From positions 1 through 54,672 of the forward strand of contig JAVECL010000096.1 of assembly GCA_051942245.1 (NCBI GenBank): 54,672 nucleotides of DNA, given 5' to 3'. Of the stretch, positions 39,563 to 50,942 are shown one piece after another. Positions within the stretch are counted from its first letter, which is position 1. Every line of letters starts with the position of its first letter. The notes below the pieces were generated by a model. The model saw only the letters and a list, made by a program, of their open reading frames with translations. It made no database searches and was not told the origin of the DNA. Made by a program: the position numbers and the translations under genes. The stretch is from Trypethelium eluteriae. Its lineage: Eukaryota.

Positions 39563-42500
39563 CTATACACCTTCTACCTCCTTCGCAATCTGATCTTCCT
39601 CCATACCAAGCTTCCGAAATGAATTTCTTATCCATTCAAAGACCGCCTTCAGCTCCTCTTCAGTTCCGTCCTCGATAGTGTTGCCCTCTTCCCATCGGAT
39701 CTCCATCTCATTCCATTCCGTATGCGCAGCTCTTAGTATAATCCGCAGAGTCAGAAAATTAGATGGGCTTCTTCCTCGGAAGCTGATGGTCACTCCGAGC
39801 TCCTCGTAGATTTCAACCCTGATAGGCTTCATTTCCAACCTGTTGGCCAAACTCCAAGGTGATTGCCCCACTGGAGCCACCCCCCCAGCTGTTTGAATAA
39901 GGTCCTCGTCAAGGCTTGTCGGCTCCATAGAAATCTTCGTACCTTCAGCGTCCTTGCTTGTCTCATCATCTAGGTCATCTGCACAACATGGAACGCTTGA
40001 TGTGTCTTCCTGTGACTCGTCTTTGACTTTGTCCTTTTCGGAATCTCTTACCTCCTCTTCATTTTGGCCCCCTTTACTCTCGCTCTCCTCCTCAAGGCTT
40101 TCATTTGCGTCTCGGTTCCCTGAATAATATGGCCTCAGTAACCTGAACTCCCCACACCACTTATCTATCAACTGAATCCCTGCTGCCGCTCCTCTGGCCC
40201 CAACCACCCCCTCAAGCACGGGATTGAATAACACAAATGGCAGGTCCAACCTCTGACTAGCCCTAAATTTCCGCAAGCTCTTCACCACGGCGGCCCACGA
40301 GTATCCCAAATCCGCCAGCAGCCCCAACAGCGAATTTAGTTGCAGAAGCCCGGTGGCAGGTTGGGCTATTTTCGCGCGGCCCCATCGCCCTTTTACAAGG
40401 TCGAGAAAGATATGCGTTGCCCACAACAGCGAGCGTGCATTCTCATCATGCTGCAGATCCTCATTCGGTTTAAGACGGAATGAGTATTCATCTGAGCTCA
40501 GAATCAAATCGCCCATATCGGTGGGATGGTGGAGTAGCATCTCCCGCGCTAACTGCGCAAGCTGCACGTTTGTCCAGCTTAGATCTGGTGCACCGCGTAT
40601 ATGTTCCAGTAGGCTTTCAACTGCTTCCCATTTCCGATTGCGGATCTGATTTTCCAGAAACGTGAGGATGACTTCTTCTGGCAGGAATTGGTTGACTGTC
40701 TCTGAAGTGTCCTCCTCAGAGAACCCCCTAGTGTTGTGGCTATTCCGCAGCGCATCGACGATCTGGACGAGAAGATTGCGGTCTTGTGTTGCGGTGGCGA
40801 AGCGGATTAAGGGGCCAGCAAGAGAGGGTTCACAGTACGTGGATGGTGGTAGGGTGGGACCATCGATATCTTGAGAGGAAATGAGGTAGGTACCGAAGTT
40901 AAATGCCTTTGAGGCAGTTATCAGGTCAATGAGGGCGCCTGAAAGTGAGTTCGACATCCTAGGGTAGAAGGCTGTGAAGTCCGTCTCGACATTGGCTGCG
41001 CTAGAGTCGCCATTTGTGTCGTCGAAGGGGACACTCGAGTCTAAAGAGAGCGTCCTATTCGGTGAATAAATTGCCTTTCCAGACAGCTCGGCTGACTCCT
41101 TGTCTCTCAAGATTCTCCCCAACTGTTTGAATGCCTTCTGTTTATTGCGGTCTGTGTAGTCTTGAAGGAGCACGAAGGTTCTGAATGCTCCATCAACGTC
41201 ACCGCGTGTAATGAAAGCGCGCAGGACTCTATGATAGAATCCGAGAATCACGGCGGTGCTGTCAAAGACGTATGTAGGACTGTTCGGGTCAAGTAGATCA
41301 TGTGCTCGGGCGTTCTGAGCATCATGCTCGTCACCGTAAACAGGGCTTAGTCTTTCAAGGATGTGATTCATAAATCCAGGGTCTTCCTCAAGATTGATTC
41401 CCTGAGACTCAACAAGCCTGACAATGAGAGCGTCCCATGCTGCTGCTCCTAGATTCATGTGATTGACATTAAGAAAGTCTTTCAGCTTCGTGATGCTTTG
41501 GACGTTGACTCCAGCGGAAATCCCGCGATTGCCAACACCTACACGAAAGGCACTCATCAGGGCATCAATGTAGGCAATGACTACCTCACTTGAGATGGTC
41601 CGCTCGACACGGATGCGTCCCTTGCGTTGCTCCTGCTTCGAGATTCTGACAAGTGGTACATCTATTCGGGTATCTAAGTTCGACCAATCGATGGTATCAT
41701 TGTCCCCAGACCTCTGTTGAGCGAGGACATCTTGCCAACAAATCAGTCTCCAGCGACATTTTTTCTCTCCCTCATACGCAGCTTGTAAAATCGCTGCGCC
41801 ATCCTCAACCCAACCGCCGTGGAGGCATGACCATAGGATTAGCTCGAGCCAGACCTGTGTACCCAATACGACAGGGCGCACTCGATATCGAGAACCTGGG
41901 ATTTCATGGCCGAGAAACGTATATTGCGCTCCGGCTGCCCTTTTCTCCTCTTGAACGTGGAGCTCATGCGCCTGCCAAGCAGCGTCTGAGATGGCCGTGA
42001 GGATTCGAGAGGAGAGAATGTGAAGTAATGGAGGCTGTTTTAAGACATAATCATCAAGCGTGGATGGATACTCGTAAACGGAATCCGATATCATACCCAC
42101 ATGGTGCATGTGCGCGAGAATCTCTAACACGAATGGCATGATCGAGCTTTTGCTAGGATCCTGCTCCGCGGCAGCAGCCAGTACCATGCTCCCCAGACTG
42201 CGCCAGACCTGACCGAGGGCGCTCTTACGAGTGGTAAATAGACTCGCATCCGTCATGGTATCCATCCTGTCCGTTTCGACGTGCAAAGGCTCGCTTTCTG
42301 AGTAAGGCTGCTGTTCATTTTTTTCTAGCCAGATTGGTGCAGTTGAAATCTCTCCTAGGGGCGTCCTGAATGGCCATGGCTGTCTACACGATTCAGAGCC
42401 ACCTGCTACCTCATCACGACGCGGCTCTTCTGCACTAGCGAAGCACCATTGAACACCGGACGACTTTGAGCTTGAAATTGAGCTCCTATCCGTAGCGAAT

Positions 42501-42997
42501 GTCCTGTCGATAACTTCTTTGACCAGCCAAACGACGGCCCGCCACCTTCCCTTTTGAAGGCCCAGGTAACTCAGAATATCAACACTGTACGCCCTCCTTG
42601 CCCTGACAAGTATCTTGGGCAAGTATTCCGTGAATGTTTCCTCTTTGATGAAGTCTTGGTGAGAAACTCGTAGGCGTCCTGGTAGGGTAGGTTCAATAAT
42701 GTCTAGCCAGGAGTCCGGATTCTGAGGCTGTGAGGGAATGCATGACTTGGGGAGGTACCCCTCGTATGCAGCTGCTCGTCCTTCACGTTTTGCGGCCTTG
42801 TCTCGATGCAGCCTTGCGTGCTGCTCGTCTCCTGCGCCATGTTTTCCGGCATCAAAGGTAGACGCCCGTCGGGAGACACAAAAGGCTAGCTTGCTTGCTG
42901 TAAAACTTGATGTTGGCCTGAATATGAGCGATTCCGTTGATCTAAGCTTAGTGAGGAGATGCTTTCGACTGTGATTAGCGCGAAAGCAAATAAGCAT
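39563..42997 (-). CDS. Large (1144 aa) helical protein, probably mitochondrial, PPR/ARM-like
   Basis: 3.4-kb uninterrupted ATG-initiated ORF; N-terminus is R/K/S-rich with few acidic residues (matrix-targeting-like); amphipathic helical repeats such as LFNPVLEGVVGARG. Function is inferred only. Confidence 0.75.
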   Translation of the reverse strand: MLICFRANHSRKHLLTKLRSTESLIFRPTSSFTASKLAFCVSRRASTFDAGKHGAGDEQHARLHRDKAAKREGRAAAYEGYLPKSCIPSQPQNPDSWLDIIEPTLPGRLRVSHQDFIKEETFTEYLPKILVRARRAYSVDILSYLGLQKGRWRAVVWLVKEVIDRTFATDRSSISSSKSSGVQWCFASAEEPRRDEVAGGSESCRQPWPFRTPLGEISTAPIWLEKNEQQPYSESEPLHVETDRMDTMTDASLFTTRKSALGQVWRSLGSMVLAAAAEQDPSKSSIMPFVLEILAHMHHVGMISDSVYEYPSTLDDYVLKQPPLLHILSSRILTAISDAAWQAHELHVQEEKRAAGAQYTFLGHEIPGSRYRVRPVVLGTQVWLELILWSCLHGGWVEDGAAILQAAYEGEKKCRWRLICWQDVLAQQRSGDNDTIDWSNLDTRIDVPLVRISKQEQRKGRIRVERTISSEVVIAYIDALMSAFRVGVGNRGISAGVNVQSITKLKDFLNVNHMNLGAAAWDALIVRLVESQGINLEEDPGFMNHILERLSPVYGDEHDAQNARAHDLLDPNSPTYVFDSTAVILGFYHRVLRAFITRGDVDGAFRTFVLLQDYTDRNKQKAFKQLGRILRDKESAELSGKAIYSPNRTLSLDSSVPFDDTNGDSSAANVETDFTAFYPRMSNSLSGALIDLITASKAFNFGTYLISSQDIDGPTLPPSTYCEPSLAGPLIRFATATQDRNLLVQIVDALRNSHNTRGFSEEDTSETVNQFLPEEVILTFLENQIRNRKWEAVESLLEHIRGAPDLSWTNVQLAQLAREMLLHHPTDMGDLILSSDEYSFRLKPNEDLQHDENARSLLWATHIFLDLVKGRWGRAKIAQPATGLLQLNSLLGLLADLGYSWAAVVKSLRKFRASQRLDLPFVLFNPVLEGVVGARGAAAGIQLIDKWCGEFRLLRPYYSGNRDANESLEEESESKGGQNEEEVRDSEKDKVKDESQEDTSSVPCCADDLDDETSKDAEGTKISMEPTSLDEDLIQTAGGVAPVGQSPWSLANRLEMKPIRVEIYEELGVTISFRGRSPSNFLTLRIILRAAHTEWNEMEIRWEEGNTIEDGTEEELKAVFEWIRNSFRKLGMEEDQIAKEVEGV

Positions 42998-43441
42998 GAG
43001 TTCATCGTAGAGAGGGAATGTTGATGAGCTTCAGACAGCACAAAGGGAAGACGAGAAAAAAGATGGATGACGTTGACAAGCGCAGGAGGCGACTAACCGC
43101 TTCGAGCTCCCTAAGCGAGACACGTCTGCTGGGAGCTTAACGCGACGACCTTTGTTTGACTTGCGGGAGCTTCTTGAACTCTACCTGACCACGCCAGGCA
43201 ACCGTACCAACCCCAATTTTCCTCACATCAGCTCAACGGTGACAACTCTTAAGCACGTCAACTCCAGTCGTGCTCAAGCCGGCAGTTCTGCGGAGTTACC
43301 GTCCCTGCTAAAATATTGCGGAGCTCAAGCTTGCATAAGGCTTCTTTACTTTGCCATTTTCCGCTAAGATAGCTTCAACAAGCTACGAAACAAAACAGAT
43401 CCGCACAGACGCAACGTAATCACTCGAGGCCGTCTTTCACG

Positions 43442-44654
43442 ATGCCTTCGTACAGATTTGGTATGTTGAACTGTTCAGAGATCGTCTTCACTGTCTTTCA
43501 CTTATCACTGCTGTCTCATGATTATTTTCTCGTCCCTTGATCACAGCTGATTCTGTTTCAGAATCGGCATCCAGTGGACGCGCAGTCTGCAATGTCGCTG
43601 AACACAAGAAACAAGGCGTCAAGATTGGCAAGGGTGAGCTGCGGATGGGCGCTTGGGTCGAGTTCGGCGATTCCGGCAGCTGGAAGTGGCGCCATTGGTA
43701 AGTCAAGATGTGACGAAGTGGACTTGACTTTTGTTACACTGCACAGTCGCTCATCGCCTGATCTAGGGGATGTGTCACTCCCCAAGTCCTCCAAAATATC
43801 AAGAACAGCATCGACGGCGATTACGAATTAGTAGACGGGATGGACGAGCTTCCAGAGGAAATGCAAGACAAGATCAAACGTGCAATCGAGCAAGGCCACG
43901 TCGATGATGAAGATTGGCAGCATGTAAGTCGCGACTTAGCCAATGATCTCTGATCGCCGCTAAATCCCTGTAGGACCCCGCAGCGAACACGGTCGGCGCC
44001 AAAGGCTTCAAGAGCCCAAATGCCAAAAAGTCTAAGGTGAGAGCAAAATTAATGTTTCTATTCAATTCGATGAGATCAGCCTCCTCATCTGAGTCACGGC
44101 TGATGAAAGCATTTATCGGCGGCTCTGCTCTGTGTTCACTGAAGTCACGTCCTACATGAATCTTGCTGACAAGTGGGCAGAAGAACGACGACGGGGAAGA
44201 TGATGAAGCTGCTGAAGACGGCCGCAAAGCTCCCACAAAGGCTGGAAAGAAGCGCGGCAAGGCCAAAGGTGACGACGATGACGATGAGGAAGCACGTCCA
44301 GCAAAGAAATCTAAAGCTCGTGCTAAGAAACAGGAGCCCGAGGCCGAAGACGAGGATGAAGCACCCGAACCGACTAAGAAAGGGAGGGCCAAGGCAAAGA
44401 AGGACGTCAAGGAAACTGCGAGCAGTAAGACTGCTGAGGCTGCAAATACCAAAAAGCCTCGTGGTCGCCCCAAGAAGGAATCGGCCGAAGATGACGGGGC
44501 CAGCAAGGAAGCACCAGCCAAGAAACCTCGAGGCAAGAAGGCCAAGGCGAAGGAAGAACCCGCGGACATGGACGAGAATGTCGAAGAGCCAGGGGTGGAG
44601 GCTGAGGAGGCTCCTAAAGCCAAGAAGGGTCGAGGTCGCAAAGCTAAAGCGTAA
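43442..44654 (+). CDS. PARP-type zinc finger (zf-PARP) protein with K/E-rich tail (Hpz1-like)
   Basis: Exons 43442-43460, 43562-43697, 43767-43923, 43974-44036, 44181-44654 give MPSYRFESASSGRAVCNVAEHKKQGVKIGKGELRMG..SWKWRHWGCVT..DGMDELPEEMQDKIKRAIEQGHVDDEDW. The tail has an AT-hook-like PRGRPKK. Confidence 0.88.
44063..44146 (+). ncRNA. Candidate intronic box C/D snoRNA
   Basis: Inside the unusually long (144 nt) intron 44037-44180: C-like TCGATGA 44067-44073, D' CTGA 44089-44092, C' TGATGA 44101-44106, D CTGA 44139-44142, in canonical order and spacing. No target identified. Confidence 0.45.
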
Positions 44655-45207
44655 ACGAGTTTTGCTCGATTCGGAACTCACCCTGTTGGCAACGTGTCGT
44701 AGGCGACTGGTTGCTCACGTACAAGCTGGACGGCGTTCCCTGTGAAATGGAAATGAAGCGATGATGGAGGGAGATCTTTGCTTCAGGCTTTCTCGTGGTT
44801 CATTCGATATACCAAACTCTTGCTCTGACTGCCCCGTTGTGAGAGAGCTTGTGTTTTTTCCAGGACTCCTTTACTTAACTACGAATCACGAATGTACATT
44901 AGCTGGGAGATAATAGAATAGCCTCGATGTTTCTTTCAATGAAAGGGGGAAACAGTCGGGGCAGGTCCAAGCGCTGCTGGCTCACACTCGTCCTCATGAG
45001 TCACCAAAATCGGTGGCTGGTAGTCCTACTGAAAATCTCTTGGAGCCCGTGGTAAGGCATAAGGACCACATTCCACTTCGCGACCAAATCGATCTGTCGC
45101 CTTCATACTTACGTTTGCACCTTTTGATTCAACAAATCTATTGGATTCCTTTGACACCTCATCACCGTGCCACTTCTCAAGGGAAAGTGCAAAAGCATTT
45201 GGACGCT

Positions 45208-45933
45208 ATGATGTCGTTTCTTGACTTACCTCCCGAGCTCAGGCTCGAAGTTTACACGTACTTCCTTGACGCCGACCGCTTCCTTCTTAATGCTCGATCA
45301 TCTCTAGTGGATAGCATCCACAGTCTACGTTTTTCTTGCAGAACCATCAACAACGAGGTAAAGGCCGAGCTACGCAAACACACCCGCTTCCATATTGTTG
45401 AGTCCGCGCAACATGAATCGCTATACCATCGTTCCATCGAATTCCAATGTGGGACCAAGCGACTGCTGGTACCCTTTGGCCAAATCACAGATTTAATGCT
45501 CACAATTCATTGGACAACCTTCCGGGAGGCTGCTCCCGACTTGAAGTTCCAATTTCTCTTGAAGGAAATGCAAAGGTTGAAGACGCTCTCGATTGAGTTT
45601 TGGTTCGCTAAAGCAATGGAAGGGGAAACAACGCAAAAACTGTTAATAGGAGCCAAGAACAGTGTCATGACGGTGCAACAGAAGTGTATGGTAGTACGGA
45701 TGATCAAGCGAGGGTTTGTAACAACGCTGGCAGCAGCAATTCGAGCGGCACCACCAGGCTGTTTGGTCAAGATTGGATATACACATGACGACCTTCCTTT
45801 CGAACCGGGGAAATTAGAGTGTTTGGTGCGTGACGACCTTCTGAAAGAAAAGGGTGCCTTTTTCAGGATCGATTCAAATCTGATGCAAGAAGTATGGGGG
45901 GATTTCAGCCATGTGGTTTGGGATCTGCTATAA
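45208..45933 (+). CDS. F-box-like (fungal FLxLPxELR) protein
   Basis: First ATG at 45208; MMSFLDLPPELRLEVYTYFL followed by SLRFSCRTINNE, the usual N-terminal F-box-like signature of fungal accessory proteins. Confidence 0.7.
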   Translation: MMSFLDLPPELRLEVYTYFLDADRFLLNARSSLVDSIHSLRFSCRTINNEVKAELRKHTRFHIVESAQHESLYHRSIEFQCGTKRLLVPFGQITDLMLTIHWTTFREAAPDLKFQFLLKEMQRLKTLSIEFWFAKAMEGETTQKLLIGAKNSVMTVQQKCMVVRMIKRGFVTTLAAAIRAAPPGCLVKIGYTHDDLPFEPGKLECLVRDDLLKEKGAFFRIDSNLMQEVWGDFSHVVWDLL

Positions 45934-46081
45934 CAAGAAGATAGAGAGAGGATAGAGAGTAACTCTAGCCCAAAAAGAGCCATTAAAAAGATCTACGAGA
46001 AAATGCTAAATGAATCAACGGACGCAGATAATTGGAGGTCTGGGTGAAACTTTGGTGAATACATTACATATATTGATCCTC

Positions 46082-47457
46082 TCATGAAGCAGGAGTAGAC
46101 TCCTCTATGGTTCCACTCTCGGACGTATCCTTCTTCTCACTACCATCCTGGCTCTTCTTCGAGGCCGACATCTGCCACGCTGGAATCGCAGCACGGCCCG
46201 GGAATCGATTGTACGGAATCGAGTGAGAAGTTCGATCCGGGAGACTCGACATTGAATTCGCCCTGCCTTCTTCCACAGCAATACTCGGCGTACCCGCAAC
46301 TCCGCCTCCAACTGGGGTAGAGCTTGCAGTCGAGGAATTCCCATCCTGCTGCTGGGCGTTTGGCGTCGACATTCCTGTCCCAACCCCACTTCCAAGCGCC
46401 GTCACCGATCCTGTAGTCGCCCGACCTTCCAATCCATTCACCCCACTTCCCGGTCTACTCCCTGTCGTAGGCCCAGACGTTCCTGCCCCAGTCCCTGGTG
46501 CCGGCCCTGCACCGCCAACCCGATTTCCCATCAATGTCTTCAAACTCTTCAGCTCCGTCCCTAACTCCCTCAATCTTTCGTCCTTCTCTTTCCCTTGCGC
46601 CTCCAGCGCCCGAGGAACCAAGTCCTTCAGACCCCTCACCTCATCCCCTAACCTCCTCCCTTCCTCCTCTCGTCTACGACTTCCTTCCTTGAATTCGCCG
46701 ATGACGGATTCCAGTTCGCCAAGTGCGGTGTCGAGGCGCTGGGTGCGCGCCTCCTCGGATGCTTTCAGTGCCGCGGTATCGGTCGAGAGCTGCTCGATGA
46801 GAGTGAAGGCGCGCGCGAAGGATGCGTCAAGAGAGGCCTTGTCCGTTTCGAGTTGAGGGGGCGTTGGTGGTGCGATGAGAGGAGCGATGTACCGCTGTGT
46901 GGGGAGGAATTGAGTTAGCGAAGGAGAGGCCTCCTGGGAAGCTCGAAGGGGGGAGATGGGCAAGGTGAAGAATCAATGTACCTTGGCGACGAAGTAGACG
47001 CCATAGCTGACACCACCCATCACGGTGGCCATAATGAACCAGTCGCGCCAATCGCGTTTTGGGGGTTCGGGCGGTGGAGGAGGGGGCCAGTAGCCGGCTT
47101 GGTAGGGGCCATAAGGTGGAGGTGGTCTCATCGGTTGGTGAGAATATGAGTAGGGCGAGTTGGTTGAACTGGGTGGAGTTGCTGTGTTCGACTGTGAGGC
47201 ATCTTCGCTGGCTCGTGCTAATGAGAGGTCTATCTCTTCCTGGGTGAGGTTTTTGGACTGGAGGAATGCTATCCGTTTCTCAAGAGGAGCTGAGGCGACG
47301 GAAGGATCTTGCAAGACTGAGAAACTTGTGTCAGGTCAGGTTTGAAGAAGGCTTTGACAATTTGCGTACAAGAGACCTATGAGTATTATCAGAGATATGC
47401 GTTCTTTTCACGTAGGCGATTACCTACGGCAGATGATATGATGTCTTCGCGGGCCAT
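46082..47457 (-). CDS. PEX14: Peroxisomal docking protein Pex14
   Basis: Exons 47428-47457, 47370-47376 (7 nt), 46982-47316, 46082-46894 give MAREDIISSAVSFLQDPSVASAPLEKRIAFLQSKNLTQEEID, RDWRDWFIMAT, a coiled coil and C-terminal AAIPAWQM. Confidence 0.95.
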
Positions 47458-47943
47458 TTCGGCCGGAATGGATCTAGAGGCTTAGAAATATTTGACTCGA
47501 TCCATGAAGTCCCTTTCTTAATCGCAAATGTGGGAGGTTGGAGTGGAAGATAGCTTACCCTGCCTTGCCTGGCAAGCTCGGCCATGCTGCTCTGGTCTGT
47601 ACCTCGGTCCCAGCCACAGATGCCGATGTTTTGCCGCGGAGAGAGGCACGGAGGGTGAGCGCATTACGTCTATAGCCTATTCTTTATTCGACTAGCGCCG
47701 ATCGCAGCACGACACAAGCTTCGGTGTTTCCAACGTCCGCGGTGAGACGCCCAGCCATCTGCAGGTTCTCAGCACCTGGGACTTCCCATCCTCATCTCGT
47801 CTCCTCCTCCTCCCTCAATTCCTGCGCATCAATTCTATTGTTGCGCTTTCTGTCGCCGTCCTCCTGCGACTTCATCCGTGCCACTATTTTTTGGATCAGC
47901 AGATTTCGCATTTTGAACCCGCTTTTCAGCCGGTCATTGCATC

Positions 47944-48635
47944 ATGGCTGACAAGGATATTAAAGAAGGTGATGAAGGTGGGTTTACGCGCAAAAAACGC
48001 GCCTTCACCAATGATTCTGGCAACCTGGAGCTCTAGTCTCACTTTCTCTTATCTGCTGCAACCTTCTTACAAGCCAATTGCATATGCGACGCGTCAAAAT
48101 ATAGACTAGCAGCCAATGTAGATGATACATCGGACCTGACTGACAAGCTCGTATAGTCTCGTGGCAATGGTCCGGAGGTCGCCCCGGCGGCACTGCTGCA
48201 GAAGTCGCCACGGAGGGGAAAGTTGCTGTTGAATCTCACCGTGGCAACACCATTGCCAAGAATGCCGAGCCCGATAACCCCGCCGTACACGTTGAGCGCC
48301 CCGGCAACGACGTCGTGAAGAAGGCGAGTGAGCTTGAGGTCGACGAAGAGGGCCCCAAGCACAAGGGCGACGCTAAGAAGGGAGAGAAGCGAGAAGCCCA
48401 GGAAAACCCAGATGGAGAAGACGACGCCAAAAAACAGAAGACAGACGCTGTCAATGGCGAGAACGCTAAGAAAGGAAAGGCCTCAGGCAGAGGTCGACCT
48501 AAGAAAGGTGGCTCTGAAAGCAATGGTGCTGCTTCCAAGCCAAAAGCTGAGAAGATGGAAAGGCCAAAGAAGGAACCGAAGAAGGCTGCTACTGCTGATG
48601 GTCAGCCGAGACGGAGCGCGAGGAACAAGTCCTGA
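47944..48635 (+). CDS. Hva1-TUDOR (DUF2945-like) domain protein with charged tail
   Basis: Exon 47944-47977, intron 47978-48156, exon 48157-48635: IKEGDEVSWQWSGGRPGGTAAEV..ESHRGNTIAKNAEPDNPAVHVERPGNDVVKKASEL. Tail contains GRGRPKK and RRSARN. Confidence 0.75.
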
Positions 48636-50942
48636 GGACGGACAAGAGCAATGGCTATCTTCAAGGCCTGACCTTCTCCTGATCTGGTCGAAACTGCCTT
48701 TACGGGTATTGGTCTATTTCTTACTCCCTATTTTCCTTGTTTATCAGCGTCTACACGCCAGGGCTGAAAAGGCAACAATTAACGATAAGGTCGGAAACCT
48801 AAGCATTTGGCTAAGGTACGGAATGGGTGGTAAGGATTTCACGCGGGCGGCTCAAAAGTAGCATGGCTGGAATGTGTTCGACAATGATCATTTTGTACAG
48901 TAGTCCGACACGTTATTGATTTTGCGTATGAATCAAGTTTGTTTCACTTGATATACAGACAAAGTCCTGTGGCATACATCATGCCAGTCAGTAAGGTCGT
49001 CATCCAAAAGCTGGTCCTCACCGTCCGCACGGGCTTTGCGCAGAAGGACCCTCTGGGTGGCGGTCGTCTTCTTATCACGATCTTTGGTTCTCAACTTATT
49101 CTGGTTCTAGAAGTACCAGAGAACCCATTTTGACCCCTACACAAAAGGATGCTTTCTCCAAGCCAGAGCTTTCTCCGACGCCAACTGAGATTTGATCGGC
49201 TAGTTGTTGTGGTAATGCAGAAGCCTTAAAATGTGCATCGAGTTCATTGCTGTACACAACGTCTAGAAGACATCTACAAAGCTAGTGACTTCGGCCAAAT
49301 GTCAAACCAGGTGGATGTGCTAAGAATTGGAGCGTCAGCATTTTCATCAGTCGGAACCGACTAGCTTTAGAGATAGAGTGTGCGGTCATGTTTTGTTCGA
49401 CGATGGTATGAAGGTGTCGACTTTGGTCTAGTCGGTGCTTGTTCGAATATTTTTGCGCTGAAGGCTTTCTCGGTTCCGGCCTGTCACAATGCTAGATATT
49501 CGTGCATTGCCTTGACTTCTAAGCCAACTAGATCTTGCATAGCACCAGACCGGACCATGAATGTGATGCTCGAATCAGCCAAGAAACTTGTATTAGGGTG
49601 TACCTAGAGATGATCGTAAACGTGCTTGGATAGAAGTTTGTGGTAGACTGTCCTTCATCCATCTGCCAGAGTGCCATGTCGTTGCCTACCTCATAGTGGT
49701 GTCTGCTGTACTAACCACTGGCTTACAGTGGCCTCGCTTTCACCAATCGCAACAAGGCGTAGAAGTTGCTAGGTTGTGCGTCCTCCTAAGAAGCTCGTTT
49801 AGACTAATGTTGAAAGATACCTTGAAGCTGTGAACGAGTAGGCTGGCTACGGCAATTGCGTTGCTGTTCCTTTGTTCATAAATGCCTTTCTAGAGATGAC
49901 AAATTTAAAAGCGTCGTATTCCATAACGCCCAGTATGAAAATGACAAAGAACTCAGCATAGGTTTACATTGTCATCACGTCAATGGGAGCTTTGTCTAAG
50001 AATTGTTTGCCGACCGCGCTTGTCTATACATTCAGTCAGCAAGCACAAACTCAGAAACTCACGAGTGTAGATAGTCATAGCATCTCGCTTGTCGCGGAGT
50101 TCAATCATCCATTAGTAAATAAGCCTCATTTCACCATCTGTGACATAGCCCAAGCATTGAAAGCAAAATTTCGCAGCCTGCCTTATCTACCATGCCAGAC
50201 TGCCACCGCAAGCTATTTCAATATCATTATTCGGGCAACAATATTACTCTTCTCAAACCTTGTCTCCGCATAGACTGCAAGACATGTCGCCTCAGCCTCA
50301 ATAAACGCTGTCTTCGAGAGATCGTGAGTCCCATTTGGCCAGACGTCAAACAGCAGTTAGTCCCTGGTGGGAGGACAGCAGGCAAGACCGAGTTAATCCG
50401 TATGGAGCAGCTGAGTGAAGAGGCAATGCAGACAGAAGTGACAGAATCCGTGCAGCAGGAGGAGGGCAGAAGCCTTAGCAGGAGACCGAGGTTTCGCAAG
50501 AGGATCGTGCTGAGATTCCAGAACAAAAGGCCAGAATTCATCGAATGGGCGAAGAACCGGCGTAAAGTGGGAGTTGGAAGAGATGTCAGATTGCACTTCC
50601 GGAACAGAAGAACCTGCTTCGCAGCCCTTGTCGCGAGATTAAGTAAAGAGCGTACAGAAAAGGCGCAAAAGACGCGGTGCCATCGAATTGAGGAGTCCGA
50701 TGACCGGTAGTATGTAGAATAGCAGTCCGCCGGAGAATCTGCTTCGATTTAGGAGCTGAGGATACGTCGGATGGTATCTGTGTAAATTTCTAGATTGAAA
50801 GATATGTCAAGAGTCTAATGGCTTCACGATTCCCAGAAGCTCCTTAATGGGGTCAAACCGCTGCGAGCGATGCTGCTGATATATTTGGTTCTGAAGTTCT
50901 TCCTTCGGCGCCGAACAATGATGGTTACAACAGGCTGGACTG

